Assembly (NCBI GenBank): GCA_963827685.1
Contig: CAWHBU010000003.1
Span: 352,001-416,000, forward strand
Source of the DNA: an uncultured delta proteobacterium
GTDB taxonomy: Bacteria; Desulfobacterota; BSN033; UBA1163
Direction: 5' to 3'
Length of the DNA stretch: 64,000 bases
The notes below the pieces were generated by a model. The model was not told the DNA's origin. It saw only the letters and a program-made list of their open reading frames with translations, and searched no databases. The position numbers were made by a program, and so were the translations under genes. Each line of letters begins with the position of its first letter. Position 1 is the first letter of the stretch. Of the stretch, positions 1 through 11,691 are shown piece by piece.

Positions 1-34
1 TCCTGGAGGGAGGGGACGGAGGGGAGGGGGACAA

Positions 35-451
35 ATGATCCATTCAGAAACGATTTCTTTAAGTACAAAAGGTTTTAGCGATATCCTGGACATTACCCAT
101 CATGTAGATGCCGTGACAGACCGCTCAAGAACTGAAAATGGATTGGTCACCGTATTCTGTCCTGGGTCGACAGGTGCTGTCACAACGATAGAATATGAAT
201 CGGGCGTACTGAGGGATTTACAAAGGGCGATAGAGAAGATCGCCCCATCCGATATCCCTTACGAACATGATAGACGATGGGGCGATGGCAATGGCTTTTC
301 TCATGTGAGGGCAGCTCTGATGAAACCCTCCCTCAGCATCCCAATGGTCAAGGGAAGATTGGCCTTGGGAACGTGGCAACAAATCGTTTTCATCGATTTT
401 GATAATCGAAGGAGGGAGAGAAATATTCTTGTTCAGGTGATAGGTGAATAA
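35..451 (+). CDS. yjbQ: YjbQ/UPF0047 family protein (secondary thiamine-phosphate synthase-like)
   Basis: 138 aa with 'DGNGFSHVRAAL' and 'LALGTWQQIVFIDFD' motifs typical of UPF0047. Confidence 0.9.
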   Translation: MIHSETISLSTKGFSDILDITHHVDAVTDRSRTENGLVTVFCPGSTGAVTTIEYESGVLRDLQRAIEKIAPSDIPYEHDRRWGDGNGFSHVRAALMKPSLSIPMVKGRLALGTWQQIVFIDFDNRRRERNILVQVIGE

Positions 452-571
452 TGTCGGATTATGAAGCAAGTTCTGAAAGGATCCTTAATTCCATACGAAT
501 TAGGTCAAGAGGTGCTACGATAACGCTTTTTCAGCACACCTTTTCGCTCTCTGGATTTTTTCTGTCGCTAT

Positions 572-1507
572 TCAGGTTGACTCCCCTTCCTTTACTTGGT
601 CAACACACTTTTGGAGGGCCTTGACGAGCTGAGATCGCATCTCTTCGTTTGAATGACTGGGTTTAAAACCGAGATCTCTTTCTGCCTTTTCCCAGCTTAA
701 ATCCCAGGCCTCGTTTAAAAAGGCAGGTCCCTGCCATTCATTGGATGGTATCAGCTGGATGGAGGAACTTGATTCTGTAAGACGCACAATCATTGCCCCG
801 ATCTCTTCCCACGTTAATAAAAGACTGCCTACATTGTAGATCTGGCCAGAGGGCCCAGGTTTTGTGATGGCTGACATCATGGCACTTCCCAAATCGGCCA
901 TGGTAACGAAAGTTCCCCCTGCACCATGAACCATTTCCAGAGGCTGGTGTTTTAACGACTTCTTTATCAAATCCCGTAAATGGCGCCCGCCAATATTGTC
1001 ACCGAAAGCCCACCAGAAACGGAAGATTGTCGCAGAAAGGCCTCGCTCTCTGCTGTAAAACTTGCAGAGCTCTTCTGCCGTGAACTTGCCTAACGCATAA
1101 AGAGGTTTACGTGCCTCTCCGAGAAGGCAGGGATGGGTCTCAGTGACCGGGTGCAGGGCAGCTCGGCCATAAACGGTTGCTGTGCTCGTGTAAACAAGGT
1201 GACGCACTCCTGCTGATGAAGCAGCTTCCAAGAGATGAAGATGACCCTCGATGTCCTCTTCAAAAATTGTATTCGGTTCATCAGCAAAACTCCAGGCCAA
1301 ATTTACGATCGCGTCAATCCCTCGGACCATTTCGCTGACGAGTGCCCCATCCGTTAAATTCCCCTGAAAATAGGGAACGGCAAGTTCCTCCATCTCTCTG
1401 GTTTTGGTGGCTTTGTCCAACACCACGACTTCATGACCACGATTGGAAAAATCTTTTATCAGATGTTTCCCAACTTCGCCTGCACCACCGACAATCAGAA
1501 CCTTCAT
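572..1507 (-). CDS. NAD-dependent epimerase/dehydratase (extended SDR)
   Basis: N-terminal GGAGEVG Rossmann motif and YALGK (YxxxK); SD AGAGGGG upstream. Confidence 0.85.
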   Translation of the reverse strand: MKVLIVGGAGEVGKHLIKDFSNRGHEVVVLDKATKTREMEELAVPYFQGNLTDGALVSEMVRGIDAIVNLAWSFADEPNTIFEEDIEGHLHLLEAASSAGVRHLVYTSTATVYGRAALHPVTETHPCLLGEARKPLYALGKFTAEELCKFYSRERGLSATIFRFWWAFGDNIGGRHLRDLIKKSLKHQPLEMVHGAGGTFVTMADLGSAMMSAITKPGPSGQIYNVGSLLLTWEEIGAMIVRLTESSSSIQLIPSNEWQGPAFLNEAWDLSWEKAERDLGFKPSHSNEEMRSQLVKALQKCVDQVKEGEST

Positions 1508-1527
1508 CTTCTTCCCCTCTTGATCAC

Positions 1528-1575
1528 AAAAAGAGGGGATGGGGAGCGGAATATTCTCCGCCCCTTTCCCCTCTT
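1528..1575 (-). terminator. Intrinsic terminator-like hairpin between oxlT and the epimerase gene
   Basis: Minus strand AAGAGGGGAAAGGGGCGGAGAATATTCCGCTCCCCATCCCCTCTT-TTT: GC-rich stem followed by a short U tract. Confidence 0.55.
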
Positions 1576-1680
1576 CAACTTACATAATCATTTTCTCTCA
1601 TTCTGAACAGAAGGTAGTTCTACCCTCGTATACGCTCCTGCCGAATATCGATGTCCTCTGCACCAGGAAATTTTTCCGCT

Positions 1681-3006
1681 TCAAGCTCCCTTTGGAACTT
1701 CCTTTGCAATTCTGCTTCTGATCACAGGCCTTAAGACGAAGAAGGCAAGGAGCGCAGCCATGGCGTCGAATAGGGCCGTGATGTAATAAGGAACAACGAA
1801 CGACCCAGCGAAGAACGCTGCCATCAGAGCGGCGCCATATCCTGCCAGAATGGAAGACACTCCTTTAGCGGTGTATAACATGCCGTAGTTGGCGGTGGCA
1901 TTTTTGGGTCCGAATACGTCACCGGTGATGGCAGAGAACAGTGCGTATATTTCGCCCCATGAAAGGAAGACGAAGGGCAAGACGAGGACGAACAATATCG
2001 GGCTACCATGGATTTGAGTCATCAGAAAGATGAGGAACGCCTCTACCGCAAAGGCAAGGGTCATCGTATATTCCCTGCCCAGTTTGTCAGAGATTGAACC
2101 CCACATAATCCTGGAGAAGGCGTTCGTGACCCCGGCCAGCGTAGCCGTAAAGGGAACGATTGCAAAACCCCACACTTTCGTATCGAATACATTGAGAGAC
2201 TTGGCAATCTGGGATAAATTTCCTGTGGTCATCAGGCCTCCCGTGGCGACAAAAAGGAACATGATGTACAAGAGATAAAACTCAGGCCTCGTCAGCGTTT
2301 GAGACCAGGTATAGTTCACCTTTGATTGAGCAACGGCCTTGGTCACCAGTTTTGAGCGCTGTTCCCATCCAGGAGGCGCCCATCCCGCAGGAGGATGACG
2401 CAGTATCAAGGCCATGATGAAAGCGATGATGCCCTGGGCGACCCCCCATACAGCCATTGCGCCGGCCCACCCCATACTGCTTATCGTCCCCGCAATGGGT
2501 ATGATGGTTAATGCTGCTCCGCCGCCAAATCCTGCGGCAGTTAGGCCGGCTGCCAATCCCCTTCTATCAGGGAACCATTTAACAGCATTCGCTACCGTTG
2601 AAATATAGATGATTCCTGCCCCGGTCCCGGCAATGAGGCCGTAATAGATGTAAAGTTCAAAAACAGACTTAGCGACTGTTCCTCCGAGTAGCCATCCAGC
2701 AAGAATGGCAATGGAGCCTAACATCATGAGCTTGCGGATACCGAACCTATCGACGAAGTATCCTGCTACCGGCACAGGCCATGTTTCAAACAGAATGAAC
2801 ATTGAAAATATGGCCGCTATTTTAGCGTAGGGCACCCCTGTGAATTGTTGCTTCATCCCTGGCGTAAAGAGGGTGAACGAATATTGATAATTCGATATGA
2901 CGATCATCGCGATGACACCAGCGAATAGTTGGACCCACCGATTACCAGCGAGTGAACCGTAGGTTTGTTTGGCAATGTCGACTTGAGTTGTGGTTGTGTC
3001 AGGCAT
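1681..3006 (-). CDS. oxlT: Oxalate:formate antiporter (OFA family MFS)
   Basis: About 12 hydrophobic segments; motifs 'NRWVQL', 'SNYQYSFTLF', 'KWFPDRRGLAAG', 'NYGMLYTAKG'; adjacent to oxalate oxidoreductase genes. Confidence 0.85.
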   Translation of the reverse strand: MPDTTTTQVDIAKQTYGSLAGNRWVQLFAGVIAMIVISNYQYSFTLFTPGMKQQFTGVPYAKIAAIFSMFILFETWPVPVAGYFVDRFGIRKLMMLGSIAILAGWLLGGTVAKSVFELYIYYGLIAGTGAGIIYISTVANAVKWFPDRRGLAAGLTAAGFGGGAALTIIPIAGTISSMGWAGAMAVWGVAQGIIAFIMALILRHPPAGWAPPGWEQRSKLVTKAVAQSKVNYTWSQTLTRPEFYLLYIMFLFVATGGLMTTGNLSQIAKSLNVFDTKVWGFAIVPFTATLAGVTNAFSRIMWGSISDKLGREYTMTLAFAVEAFLIFLMTQIHGSPILFVLVLPFVFLSWGEIYALFSAITGDVFGPKNATANYGMLYTAKGVSSILAGYGAALMAAFFAGSFVVPYYITALFDAMAALLAFFVLRPVIRSRIAKEVPKGA

Positions 3007-3053
3007 AGTCCTCCTCCTTTCTCAAAATGCCTAGGTTAGGGCTAAACGAACTC

Positions 3054-3089
3054 GGTTCAGAGTATTCCGCCAGCGGAATACTCTGAACC
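3054..3089. other. Perfect 17-bp inverted repeat between the beta-subunit gene and oxlT
   Basis: GGTTCAGAGTATTCCGC-CA-GCGGAATACTCTGAACC. Confidence 0.8.
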
Positions 3090-3103
3090 CGAATGGCAGA
3101 AAA

Positions 3104-5328
<2,225 letters not shown>

Positions 5329-5344
5329 GATTTTTCCTCCTTCA

Positions 5345-5674
5345 TTAGAAAGGTTTTTCAAGACGAACAACCCCGTCCTCAAAGTCAAGCTCTGGAACAG
5401 CACTAAGGGCATCCGCCGGACATTCGTGGATGCAGATCTGACAGCCTTTGCAAAACTTCCAGTTCCATTCCATCTTGTCTTCTTTTTCATTGTAGGACCA
5501 GCAGGAATCTGGACAGGCAATGTAACAAGTAAAACAACGGGTGCACTTCTCATGGTCAATCACCGGACGAACGATCCGCCAGTTTGAAGTGATAAAGAGT
5601 TCCTGCTGCCTCACTGGAGCAGGTGTGATCGCTCCGAAGGGAACTTCTCTATCTTTTGGGACTTTTATCGCCAT
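5345..5674 (-). CDS. OFOR delta subunit (2x[4Fe-4S] ferredoxin-like) of oxalate oxidoreductase
   Basis: CTRCFTCYIACP and CKGCQICIHECP; 'NWRIVRPVID' and 'VPELDF' resemble the OOR ferredoxin domain. Confidence 0.88.
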   Translation of the reverse strand: MAIKVPKDREVPFGAITPAPVRQQELFITSNWRIVRPVIDHEKCTRCFTCYIACPDSCWSYNEKEDKMEWNWKFCKGCQICIHECPADALSAVPELDFEDGVVRLEKPF

Positions 5675-5721
5675 AATCTTCTCCTTTCTCTATGCTTTCT
5701 TTAAATTCTTCTTTTCTTCCA

Positions 5722-5752
5722 CATTCTGCATTCCTCATTCCGCATTCGGCAT
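5722..5752. repeat. 7-nt periodic tandem array (CATTCNN)x4
   Basis: cattctg cattcct cattccg cattcgg cat, immediately after the gamma-subunit stop. Confidence 0.7.
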
Positions 5753-6390
5753 CAGCCTCCCCAGAAGTACTCTGAACGGGGTTTACGAAATTTTTGCATT
5801 TTCACTTCATTAAAACCGCGTTCCATCGCCGCGACGTTGGTAATGATTTTTGCAATATTCTCTTTTTTCGCCATCCCCGTCACCTTGGCCATTGCCCCGA
5901 GCAGGGGTGCGGCAATGCCGGCTCCAATTCCTGCCGTGTCCACCCCTCCTTCTGAACCGGAGAAGTCAACCGTCTTTATCCCGGAGATTCCATCTGCATC
6001 CACTGTGGCAATAGCGCCTAATATATCCGCATTGGGGATAAATTTAAGCATATAATCGATCGGCCGGCTCGTATTAATAATCAAGAGGCCGCCTTCAGGC
6101 ATCCCTTTGAGCACATTGATCCCCTTAACAATGGTGGGTTCAACGATCACCACCACATCAGGGTGAGCGTTCGTATAGAGATATTTCATCTCGATCTCTT
6201 CATCACTGATTCGCGCGTATTTCCGGGTTGTAACGAGCACACGGTCGGGCAGGTCTTCATAATTGTCAAAGGCCTGGACAAATCTGCCCTCCATCTTTGC
6301 TGCCTGAGCAAAGGCATTGGCCACATCGCGGGCCTCCTTATCCATGACCACTCCTCGTGTCCAAACTGTGATTTCAGTTACTTTAGCCAT
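5752..6390 (-). CDS. OFOR gamma subunit (domain III) of oxalate oxidoreductase
   Basis: Start MAKVTEITVWTRG after SD AAGGAGG; 'NYEDLPDR' and 'GIGAGIAAP' resemble the N-terminal part of the Moorella OOR delta chain. Confidence 0.85.
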   Translation of the reverse strand: MAKVTEITVWTRGVVMDKEARDVANAFAQAAKMEGRFVQAFDNYEDLPDRVLVTTRKYARISDEEIEMKYLYTNAHPDVVVIVEPTIVKGINVLKGMPEGGLLIINTSRPIDYMLKFIPNADILGAIATVDADGISGIKTVDFSGSEGGVDTAGIGAGIAAPLLGAMAKVTGMAKKENIAKIITNVAAMERGFNEVKMQKFRKPRSEYFWGG

Positions 6391-6455
6391 AAATAGATAC
6401 CTCCTTAAAGCAATGTTGGGCAATCAAACTGATCCATGAAATTAAACAATCGATA

Positions 6456-7193
6456 TCAGGAATGAGATTTCTCCGCCTGAAACCTATGAGCTTCCACACC
6501 TCCTTTCTTTTTCTTGAACAATACATCCTCCACCTTCTTTAGATGCCGGCGCATCGCCTGCCGAGCGCCTGTACCATTGCCATTCTTAATAGCCAACAGG
6601 ATCTCGCGATGACCCTGAAGGGATTTTTGTTTTCTCTCCTCGGTTTGAAGGTAATTTTCACGAGTCTTGCTAAGGAGGTCCAGAAGGGCAAGAAGAAGAC
6701 GCTCCAAAATCCTGTTTCGCGACATCCGGGCCAAACAGTGATGAAAATCGGAATCCGTTCGAATCGGGTTCATACCCTGGGCGACTTCTTTTTTTTGTTC
6801 CTCAAGGATCTCCTCGAGCTCAACGATTTCCTCAGGGGTTGCATTTTCTGATGCAAGTTGGGCCACTTCGGGTTCGATCATTTTGCGCAGAGAAAAGATG
6901 TCGATCAGATCATCCTTCTCATGAAAGAGGGAAGTGGCTAAAGGTTGTACCAGGGCTTCTTCATTAGAAGCGATCACGTAAGTTCCATCTCCCTGTCGTC
7001 TCTGAACAAGGTTCATTGCTTCAAGATAAAAAGTGGCCTCCCTTACAGAGGCGCGGGATACTTTGAAGGTATCGGCTAATTCTCTTTCAGTCGGAAGCTG
7101 GTCACCTTGCTTGAATTTCCCTCTTTGGATAAGATGATGGATTTGTCCTACGATATCCTCGTAGACTCGCTTTTTTTTAACCGCCTTCAACAT
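6456..7193 (-). CDS. FadR/GntR family transcriptional regulator
   Basis: wHTH 'LPTERELADTFKVSRASVREA' plus FCD domain 'DSDFHHCLA...HREILLAI'. Confidence 0.92.
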   Translation of the reverse strand: MLKAVKKKRVYEDIVGQIHHLIQRGKFKQGDQLPTERELADTFKVSRASVREATFYLEAMNLVQRRQGDGTYVIASNEEALVQPLATSLFHEKDDLIDIFSLRKMIEPEVAQLASENATPEEIVELEEILEEQKKEVAQGMNPIRTDSDFHHCLARMSRNRILERLLLALLDLLSKTRENYLQTEERKQKSLQGHREILLAIKNGNGTGARQAMRRHLKKVEDVLFKKKKGGVEAHRFQAEKSHS

Positions 7194-9322
7194 GGGGACA
7201 CCCCCTCCTTTTCCTGAACTTCTTTGAGTGCCTCTTCAAGATGAGAAGCAGTGACTAAAAGCTTTTTTGATTTGCTCTTCCCCGAGTCGTGGATCAATTC
7301 TCCGATGGCAAGCATGGTTGCCCTCCTCGCAATGAAGGCGATATGAGAACCCGTCATTCCATCTGTGCGTTTGGCCAACTCTGCCAGGTTTACATTGTCG
7401 GCCAAAGGCCTCTCTCTGGTGTGAACCCGAAAGATCTCTAACCGCTCTTCCTCGTCGGGGAAGGGAAAGTTAAGAATATAGTCAAGCCGTCCGGCCCGCG
7501 TTAAGGCGGGGTCGAGCAGATCTTCACGATTCGTCGCTCCGAGCACAAGGACCTGAGAAAGATCACTCAGGTTATCCAGCTCATTAAAAAACTGACTGGC
7601 CATGCGTTCGACCGCCCCGCCTTCATTTCCATAGCCACGGGTGGTCACCAGGGCATCGATTTCATCAAAAAACAGGATGCAGGGGGCCGACTGTTTCGCT
7701 TTTTTAAAGATCTGATGCAGGGCTTTTTCTGATTCTCCAAGCCACTTTGAGAAAAGGATGGGACCGCTGATGGAAATGAAATTCAGGCCCGTTTCTCCCG
7801 CCAAAGCCTTTGCCATAAGCGTCTTCCCAGTGCCCGAAGGTCCGGAGAAAAGAACCCCTCTCGGAGGGAGTACTTTACCTTCGTCAAAAAGCTCCGGAAA
7901 TTTGTGGGGCCAATCTACAATGGAGATGAGGGTTTCTTTAATCCTCTTCAATCCGCCGATATGGTGCCACTGGACCTTAGACCTCTCCGTATAAAATTCA
8001 CGCGTTGCTGTGGGTTCAATCTCACGGAGGGCCGCCAAAAAGTCCTCCATCGTGATCTCCAGATGATCCGGGTTGACGAGCATGGCATCGAGATGATTGT
8101 CGCTCTCGAGAGAAAGATATCTCCTTAAAGCCACCATTCCCGCCTCTTTGCATAAAGCCTCTAAATCCGCTCCGACAAAGGCATGGGTAATCTGGGCAAG
8201 GCGTTCCAAATCGACATCAGAGGCCAGGGGCATACGGCGGCTGTGAATCCTAAGGATGGCGTGGCGGCCTTCGGCGTTCGGAACGGAGAGGGCCATCTCA
8301 CGGTCAAAGCGACCTGGTCGTCTGAGAGCAGGGTCGATCATCTCCGGGATGTTGGTGGCCCCAATGACAATCACCTGTCCACGGGAGACCATCCCATCCA
8401 TCAAGGCCAGGAGCTGGGCAACCACTCTTTTCTCGACATCTCCTAGGACCTCTGCGCGTTTTGGGGCGATAGCATCGATTTCGTCGATAAAGATGATGCT
8501 GGGGGCATTGCGGGTTGCATCTTCAAAGATCTCCCTTAGGCGGGCTTCACTTTCACCATAAAATTTATGGATGATTTCCGGTCCGTTCACCCGAATGAAA
8601 TGGAGTTTTGTCTCGCTGGCGATGGCGCGGGCAATGAGGGTTTTCCCTGTCCCAGGAGGACCATAGAGGAGTACCCCCTTGGGTGCTTCGACTCCCAGTT
8701 TTTCAAAAACCTCCACATAGCGCAAGGGGAGCTCGACCATCTCGCGAATAAGCTTTAATTCTTTTTCAAGCCCACCGACGTCCTCGTAAGAAACATGAGA
8801 AGGTGCCTCGATGGAAATATCTGGTCTTTTTATCAGGAATTTGGTCTTCAGGTTAATCAAAACTCCCCCTGATGGAGAAGTCGCTTCGACAAGAAAAAAA
8901 CGGTCCTTCCCTGTTAAAAAGGGGACATTGATTTTATCCCCAATCAGTATAGGTAACCCCTGGAGGATTTTGGGAAACTGCTCCAGCTCGCTTCCTTCTG
9001 GGACGACGTTTGTTAAATCGAGAGGGGTAATGAGGACCGTTGTGGCGATTTTATAGGGGATTTTTTTTATTCTTACAATTTCCCCCAAGTTTACCTCGGC
9101 ATTGCTGCGAGTGATCCCGTCGATCTGAATTATTTTTTTTCCATAATACTCTGGGAAGGTTCCGGTGATCCTGGCGACTGTTTTTTTCTCTCCACTCATC
9201 TCGATCAGATCGCCGAGGACACCTCCTAACGCCTTAATATCCTCTGGATCGAGGCGCGCCAATCCCTTTCCGACATCTTCAGCCAAGGTTTCAGCCACCT
9301 TTAATTCAATAAAACCGCCCAC
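7187..9322 (-). CDS. CDC48/p97/VAT-family AAA+ ATPase (N-domain plus two AAA modules)
   Basis: N-domain 'DVGKGLARLDP...IDGITRSNA'; Walker A GPPGTGKT and GPSGTGKT; Walker B FIDEID and FFDEID; SRH 'DPALRRPGRFD'; GTG start after GAGGGAG inferred. Confidence 0.9.
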   Translation of the reverse strand: MGGFIELKVAETLAEDVGKGLARLDPEDIKALGGVLGDLIEMSGEKKTVARITGTFPEYYGKKIIQIDGITRSNAEVNLGEIVRIKKIPYKIATTVLITPLDLTNVVPEGSELEQFPKILQGLPILIGDKINVPFLTGKDRFFLVEATSPSGGVLINLKTKFLIKRPDISIEAPSHVSYEDVGGLEKELKLIREMVELPLRYVEVFEKLGVEAPKGVLLYGPPGTGKTLIARAIASETKLHFIRVNGPEIIHKFYGESEARLREIFEDATRNAPSIIFIDEIDAIAPKRAEVLGDVEKRVVAQLLALMDGMVSRGQVIVIGATNIPEMIDPALRRPGRFDREMALSVPNAEGRHAILRIHSRRMPLASDVDLERLAQITHAFVGADLEALCKEAGMVALRRYLSLESDNHLDAMLVNPDHLEITMEDFLAALREIEPTATREFYTERSKVQWHHIGGLKRIKETLISIVDWPHKFPELFDEGKVLPPRGVLFSGPSGTGKTLMAKALAGETGLNFISISGPILFSKWLGESEKALHQIFKKAKQSAPCILFFDEIDALVTTRGYGNEGGAVERMASQFFNELDNLSDLSQVLVLGATNREDLLDPALTRAGRLDYILNFPFPDEEERLEIFRVHTRERPLADNVNLAELAKRTDGMTGSHIAFIARRATMLAIGELIHDSGKSKSKKLLVTASHLEEALKEVQEKEGVSPC

Positions 9323-9347
9323 AGAAAATGCTTCTCCCTCGATGAGC

Positions 9348-9405
9348 AAATTGGTATAAAGATCAGACCAATTTCATATTAGAATATTTCTGCCCATTCT
9401 GTCAA
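9348..9405 (-). promoter_or_regulatory. sigma70 promoter with overlapping FadR-type operator for the oxalate operon
   Basis: Minus strand TTGACA-N18-TAATAT followed directly by the palindrome AAATTGGT-N11-ACCAATTT (9348-9374), which has FadR/PdhR/LldR-like TTGGT..ACCAA arms. Confidence 0.65.
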
Positions 9406-9547
9406 GACATTTTGCGTTATGCCAGATTATCGTGTGCTTAAGAGGCGAAGGGGTAAAAATGAAAGACGGCGTCGGGGCGAGCGGGATACGACCGGAATTC
9501 GCATTTCTTGACTAAGATTTTCTGCGGCGAAGAAACGGGGATGTTTT

Positions 9548-10777
9548 TCATTCATAGCGAAGAGCTTCGATGGGGTTGAGCAGAGAGGCTTTCCGTGCCG
9601 GATAGAATCCAAAAAATACGCCTACCGACCCAGAAAAGAGAAAAGCCAAAAGGACAGCTTCGACTGAAAAGAGGGTCGGCCATTGGGTAAAACTGGATAA
9701 GATGAGGGTCCCTGCCACTCCAATCCCAATTCCCACTGTTCCCCCAATCAGACTGAGAACCAAAGATTCAATGAGGAATTGAAGGAGGATATCCCGTCCC
9801 TTTGCACCGACGGCGATTCGAATGCCAATCTCTCTTGTTCTCTCCGTGACGGAGACAAGCATAATGTTCATAATCCCGATACCCCCGACAATCAAAGAGA
9901 TGGAAGCAATGGCACCCAGGAGAAGGGACATAACATTCGCTGATTGCTCAGCGGTCGACATAATCTCTGTGAGATTCCGCACCGTAAAGTCATTATCCTG
10001 CTTCGGTTGAATATGATGCCTCTGTCGAAGAAGATCATTAATTTGATTCTCCACATCCTTCATCACCTCCGGTTGCGTCGCTTGCACCATGATCACTCTC
10101 ACCATCCCCGGGAATTGCATTCCAAAGAGTTTTTTTTGGGCCGCGGTCAAGGGGACGATGATCGTATCGTCCTGATCCTGCCCCTGAGTCGATTGTCCCT
10201 TCGGAGCAAGTACTCCGATCACGGTGAAAGGAACCATCTTAATACGAATGACTTGGCCAGTCGGATCGATCCCTCCAAAGAGATTATCTACCACGGTCTG
10301 TCCAAGAAGACAGACCTTTGTCGCTCCGTCTATATCCTGTTGTGTAAATGGGCGACCCGAAGAAAGGGACCAGTCTCTGATTTCGAGGGCCTCGGGGGTT
10401 GTTCCGTTAACAATGGTCGACCAGTTCTGGTTCCCGAAGACTACCTGTGCTCCCCCGCCGAGGTAGGGCGCTACATACTTGACCGCTGGAATCTCGTTTA
10501 GGATTGCTTTGGCATCATCCACTCTTAATGTTGGAACTGTTCCTGATCCGAACCGAAGTCCGCCGCTTGTTGAGCTCCCTGAGAGGACGATTAGGAGGTT
10601 CGATCCCATACTGGCAATCTGCTCGGCGATTCGCTTCTTTGCCCCTGAGCCCACAGCAATCATAGCAATCACCGCACCCACACCGATAATGATCCCCAAC
10701 ATGGTCAGGGCCGAGCGCATCTTATTGACCGTGAGCGCCCTTAGGGCAATCCGAAGGCTTGCGAGAAGACGTGTCAT
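9548..10777 (-). CDS. MacB/FtsX-family ABC transporter permease
   Basis: 'RSALTMLGIIIGVGAVIAM' and 'GGIGIMNIMLVSVTERTREIGIR' signatures. Confidence 0.92.
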   Translation of the reverse strand: MTRLLASLRIALRALTVNKMRSALTMLGIIIGVGAVIAMIAVGSGAKKRIAEQIASMGSNLLIVLSGSSTSGGLRFGSGTVPTLRVDDAKAILNEIPAVKYVAPYLGGGAQVVFGNQNWSTIVNGTTPEALEIRDWSLSSGRPFTQQDIDGATKVCLLGQTVVDNLFGGIDPTGQVIRIKMVPFTVIGVLAPKGQSTQGQDQDDTIIVPLTAAQKKLFGMQFPGMVRVIMVQATQPEVMKDVENQINDLLRQRHHIQPKQDNDFTVRNLTEIMSTAEQSANVMSLLLGAIASISLIVGGIGIMNIMLVSVTERTREIGIRIAVGAKGRDILLQFLIESLVLSLIGGTVGIGIGVAGTLILSSFTQWPTLFSVEAVLLAFLFSGSVGVFFGFYPARKASLLNPIEALRYE

Positions 10778-11499
10778 TTCCCTCCCATCCTCCCTCCTGC
10801 AATGGTAGGCGCCGAATTCTTGCGATCATCAACGATTTTTCCGTCCCTGAAGAGAATATCCCTTTTGGCAAAGGAGGCAATATCCGGCTCGTGAGTGATC
10901 ATGATGATGGTAATTCCCATCTCTCGATTGAGGCGCTGAAAGATACCCATGATCTCTTCACTTGTCTTGGAATCAAGATTGCCCGTGGGTTCATCCGCTA
11001 AGAGGATGGAAGGCTGGTTGACTAAGGCCCGGGCGATGGCTACCCGTTGCTGTTCACCTCCAGAAAGTTGGCTGGGATGATGATGCTCCCTTCCCTTTAA
11101 GCCCACCTCAGAAAGAGCTTTTTGTGCCATCTCCTTCCTTTTGGAAGTTTGAGTTCCTGCGTAGGTCAGAGGCAGCTCGACATTCTCTAAGGCCGAAGTC
11201 CTAGACAAAAGGTTAAACCCCTGAAAGACGAAGCCGATCTTTCGATTCCGAATCTCCGCCAACTCATCCCTCGAAAGGTGTTCTCCATTAATGCCTTCCA
11301 AAAGATATTGCCCGCTCGTCGGTCGATCCAGGAAACCTATAATATTCATGAAGGTTGACTTCCCAGAGCCTGAAGCTCCCATGATGGCCACAAATTCACC
11401 TCGTTCAACCAACAGAGAAACACTCCGAAGGGCTTGAACTTCCACCTCGCCCAAGCTATAAACCTTCACCAAATCTTGAACCTGAATTAATGAACCCAT
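10774..11499 (-). CDS. MacB/LolD-type ABC ATP-binding protein
   Basis: [28 protein letters not shown]. Confidence 0.93.
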   Translation of the reverse strand: MGSLIQVQDLVKVYSLGEVEVQALRSVSLLVERGEFVAIMGASGSGKSTFMNIIGFLDRPTSGQYLLEGINGEHLSRDELAEIRNRKIGFVFQGFNLLSRTSALENVELPLTYAGTQTSKRKEMAQKALSEVGLKGREHHHPSQLSGGEQQRVAIARALVNQPSILLADEPTGNLDSKTSEEIMGIFQRLNREMGITIIMITHEPDIASFAKRDILFRDGKIVDDRKNSAPTIAGGRMGGK

Positions 11500-11502
11500 A
11501 TT

Positions 11503-11680
11503 TTAAATCCAAATTTCAAAATCCCTGCCTTCGCCGAAGCGGCTTCGCGCAGGCAGGCAAATGTCAAATCAATGTCAAAGTTCAAATTCTGGAATTTTTT
11601 GCATTTTGATTTTGGATTTGATTTGACATTGATTCACCTTTGGTTCATCACTTCGTGCGAGCTTTGACATTTGACATTTT
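11503..11680. repeat. Periodic inverted-repeat element (about 7-nt TCAAATG/CATTTGA arms) with a nested GC hairpin
   Basis: Left arm caaatgt/caaagtt/caaatt units; right arm gatttg/gacattt units; CCTGCCT...AGGCAGG insert at 11524-11557. Confidence 0.7.
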
Positions 11681-11691
11681 CTCCACGGTTC

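Noticed and set aside
5329-5559. N-terminal extension of the alpha-subunit ORF in the track
   Set aside because: It overlaps the ferredoxin-subunit gene in another frame; SD and family similarity begin at 5328.
7187-9322. CDC48-like gene as FtsH, ClpB or a proteasomal ATPase
   Set aside because: No TM or protease domain and no Clp repeats; the CDC48-type N-domain plus two classical AAA modules fits p97/VAT.
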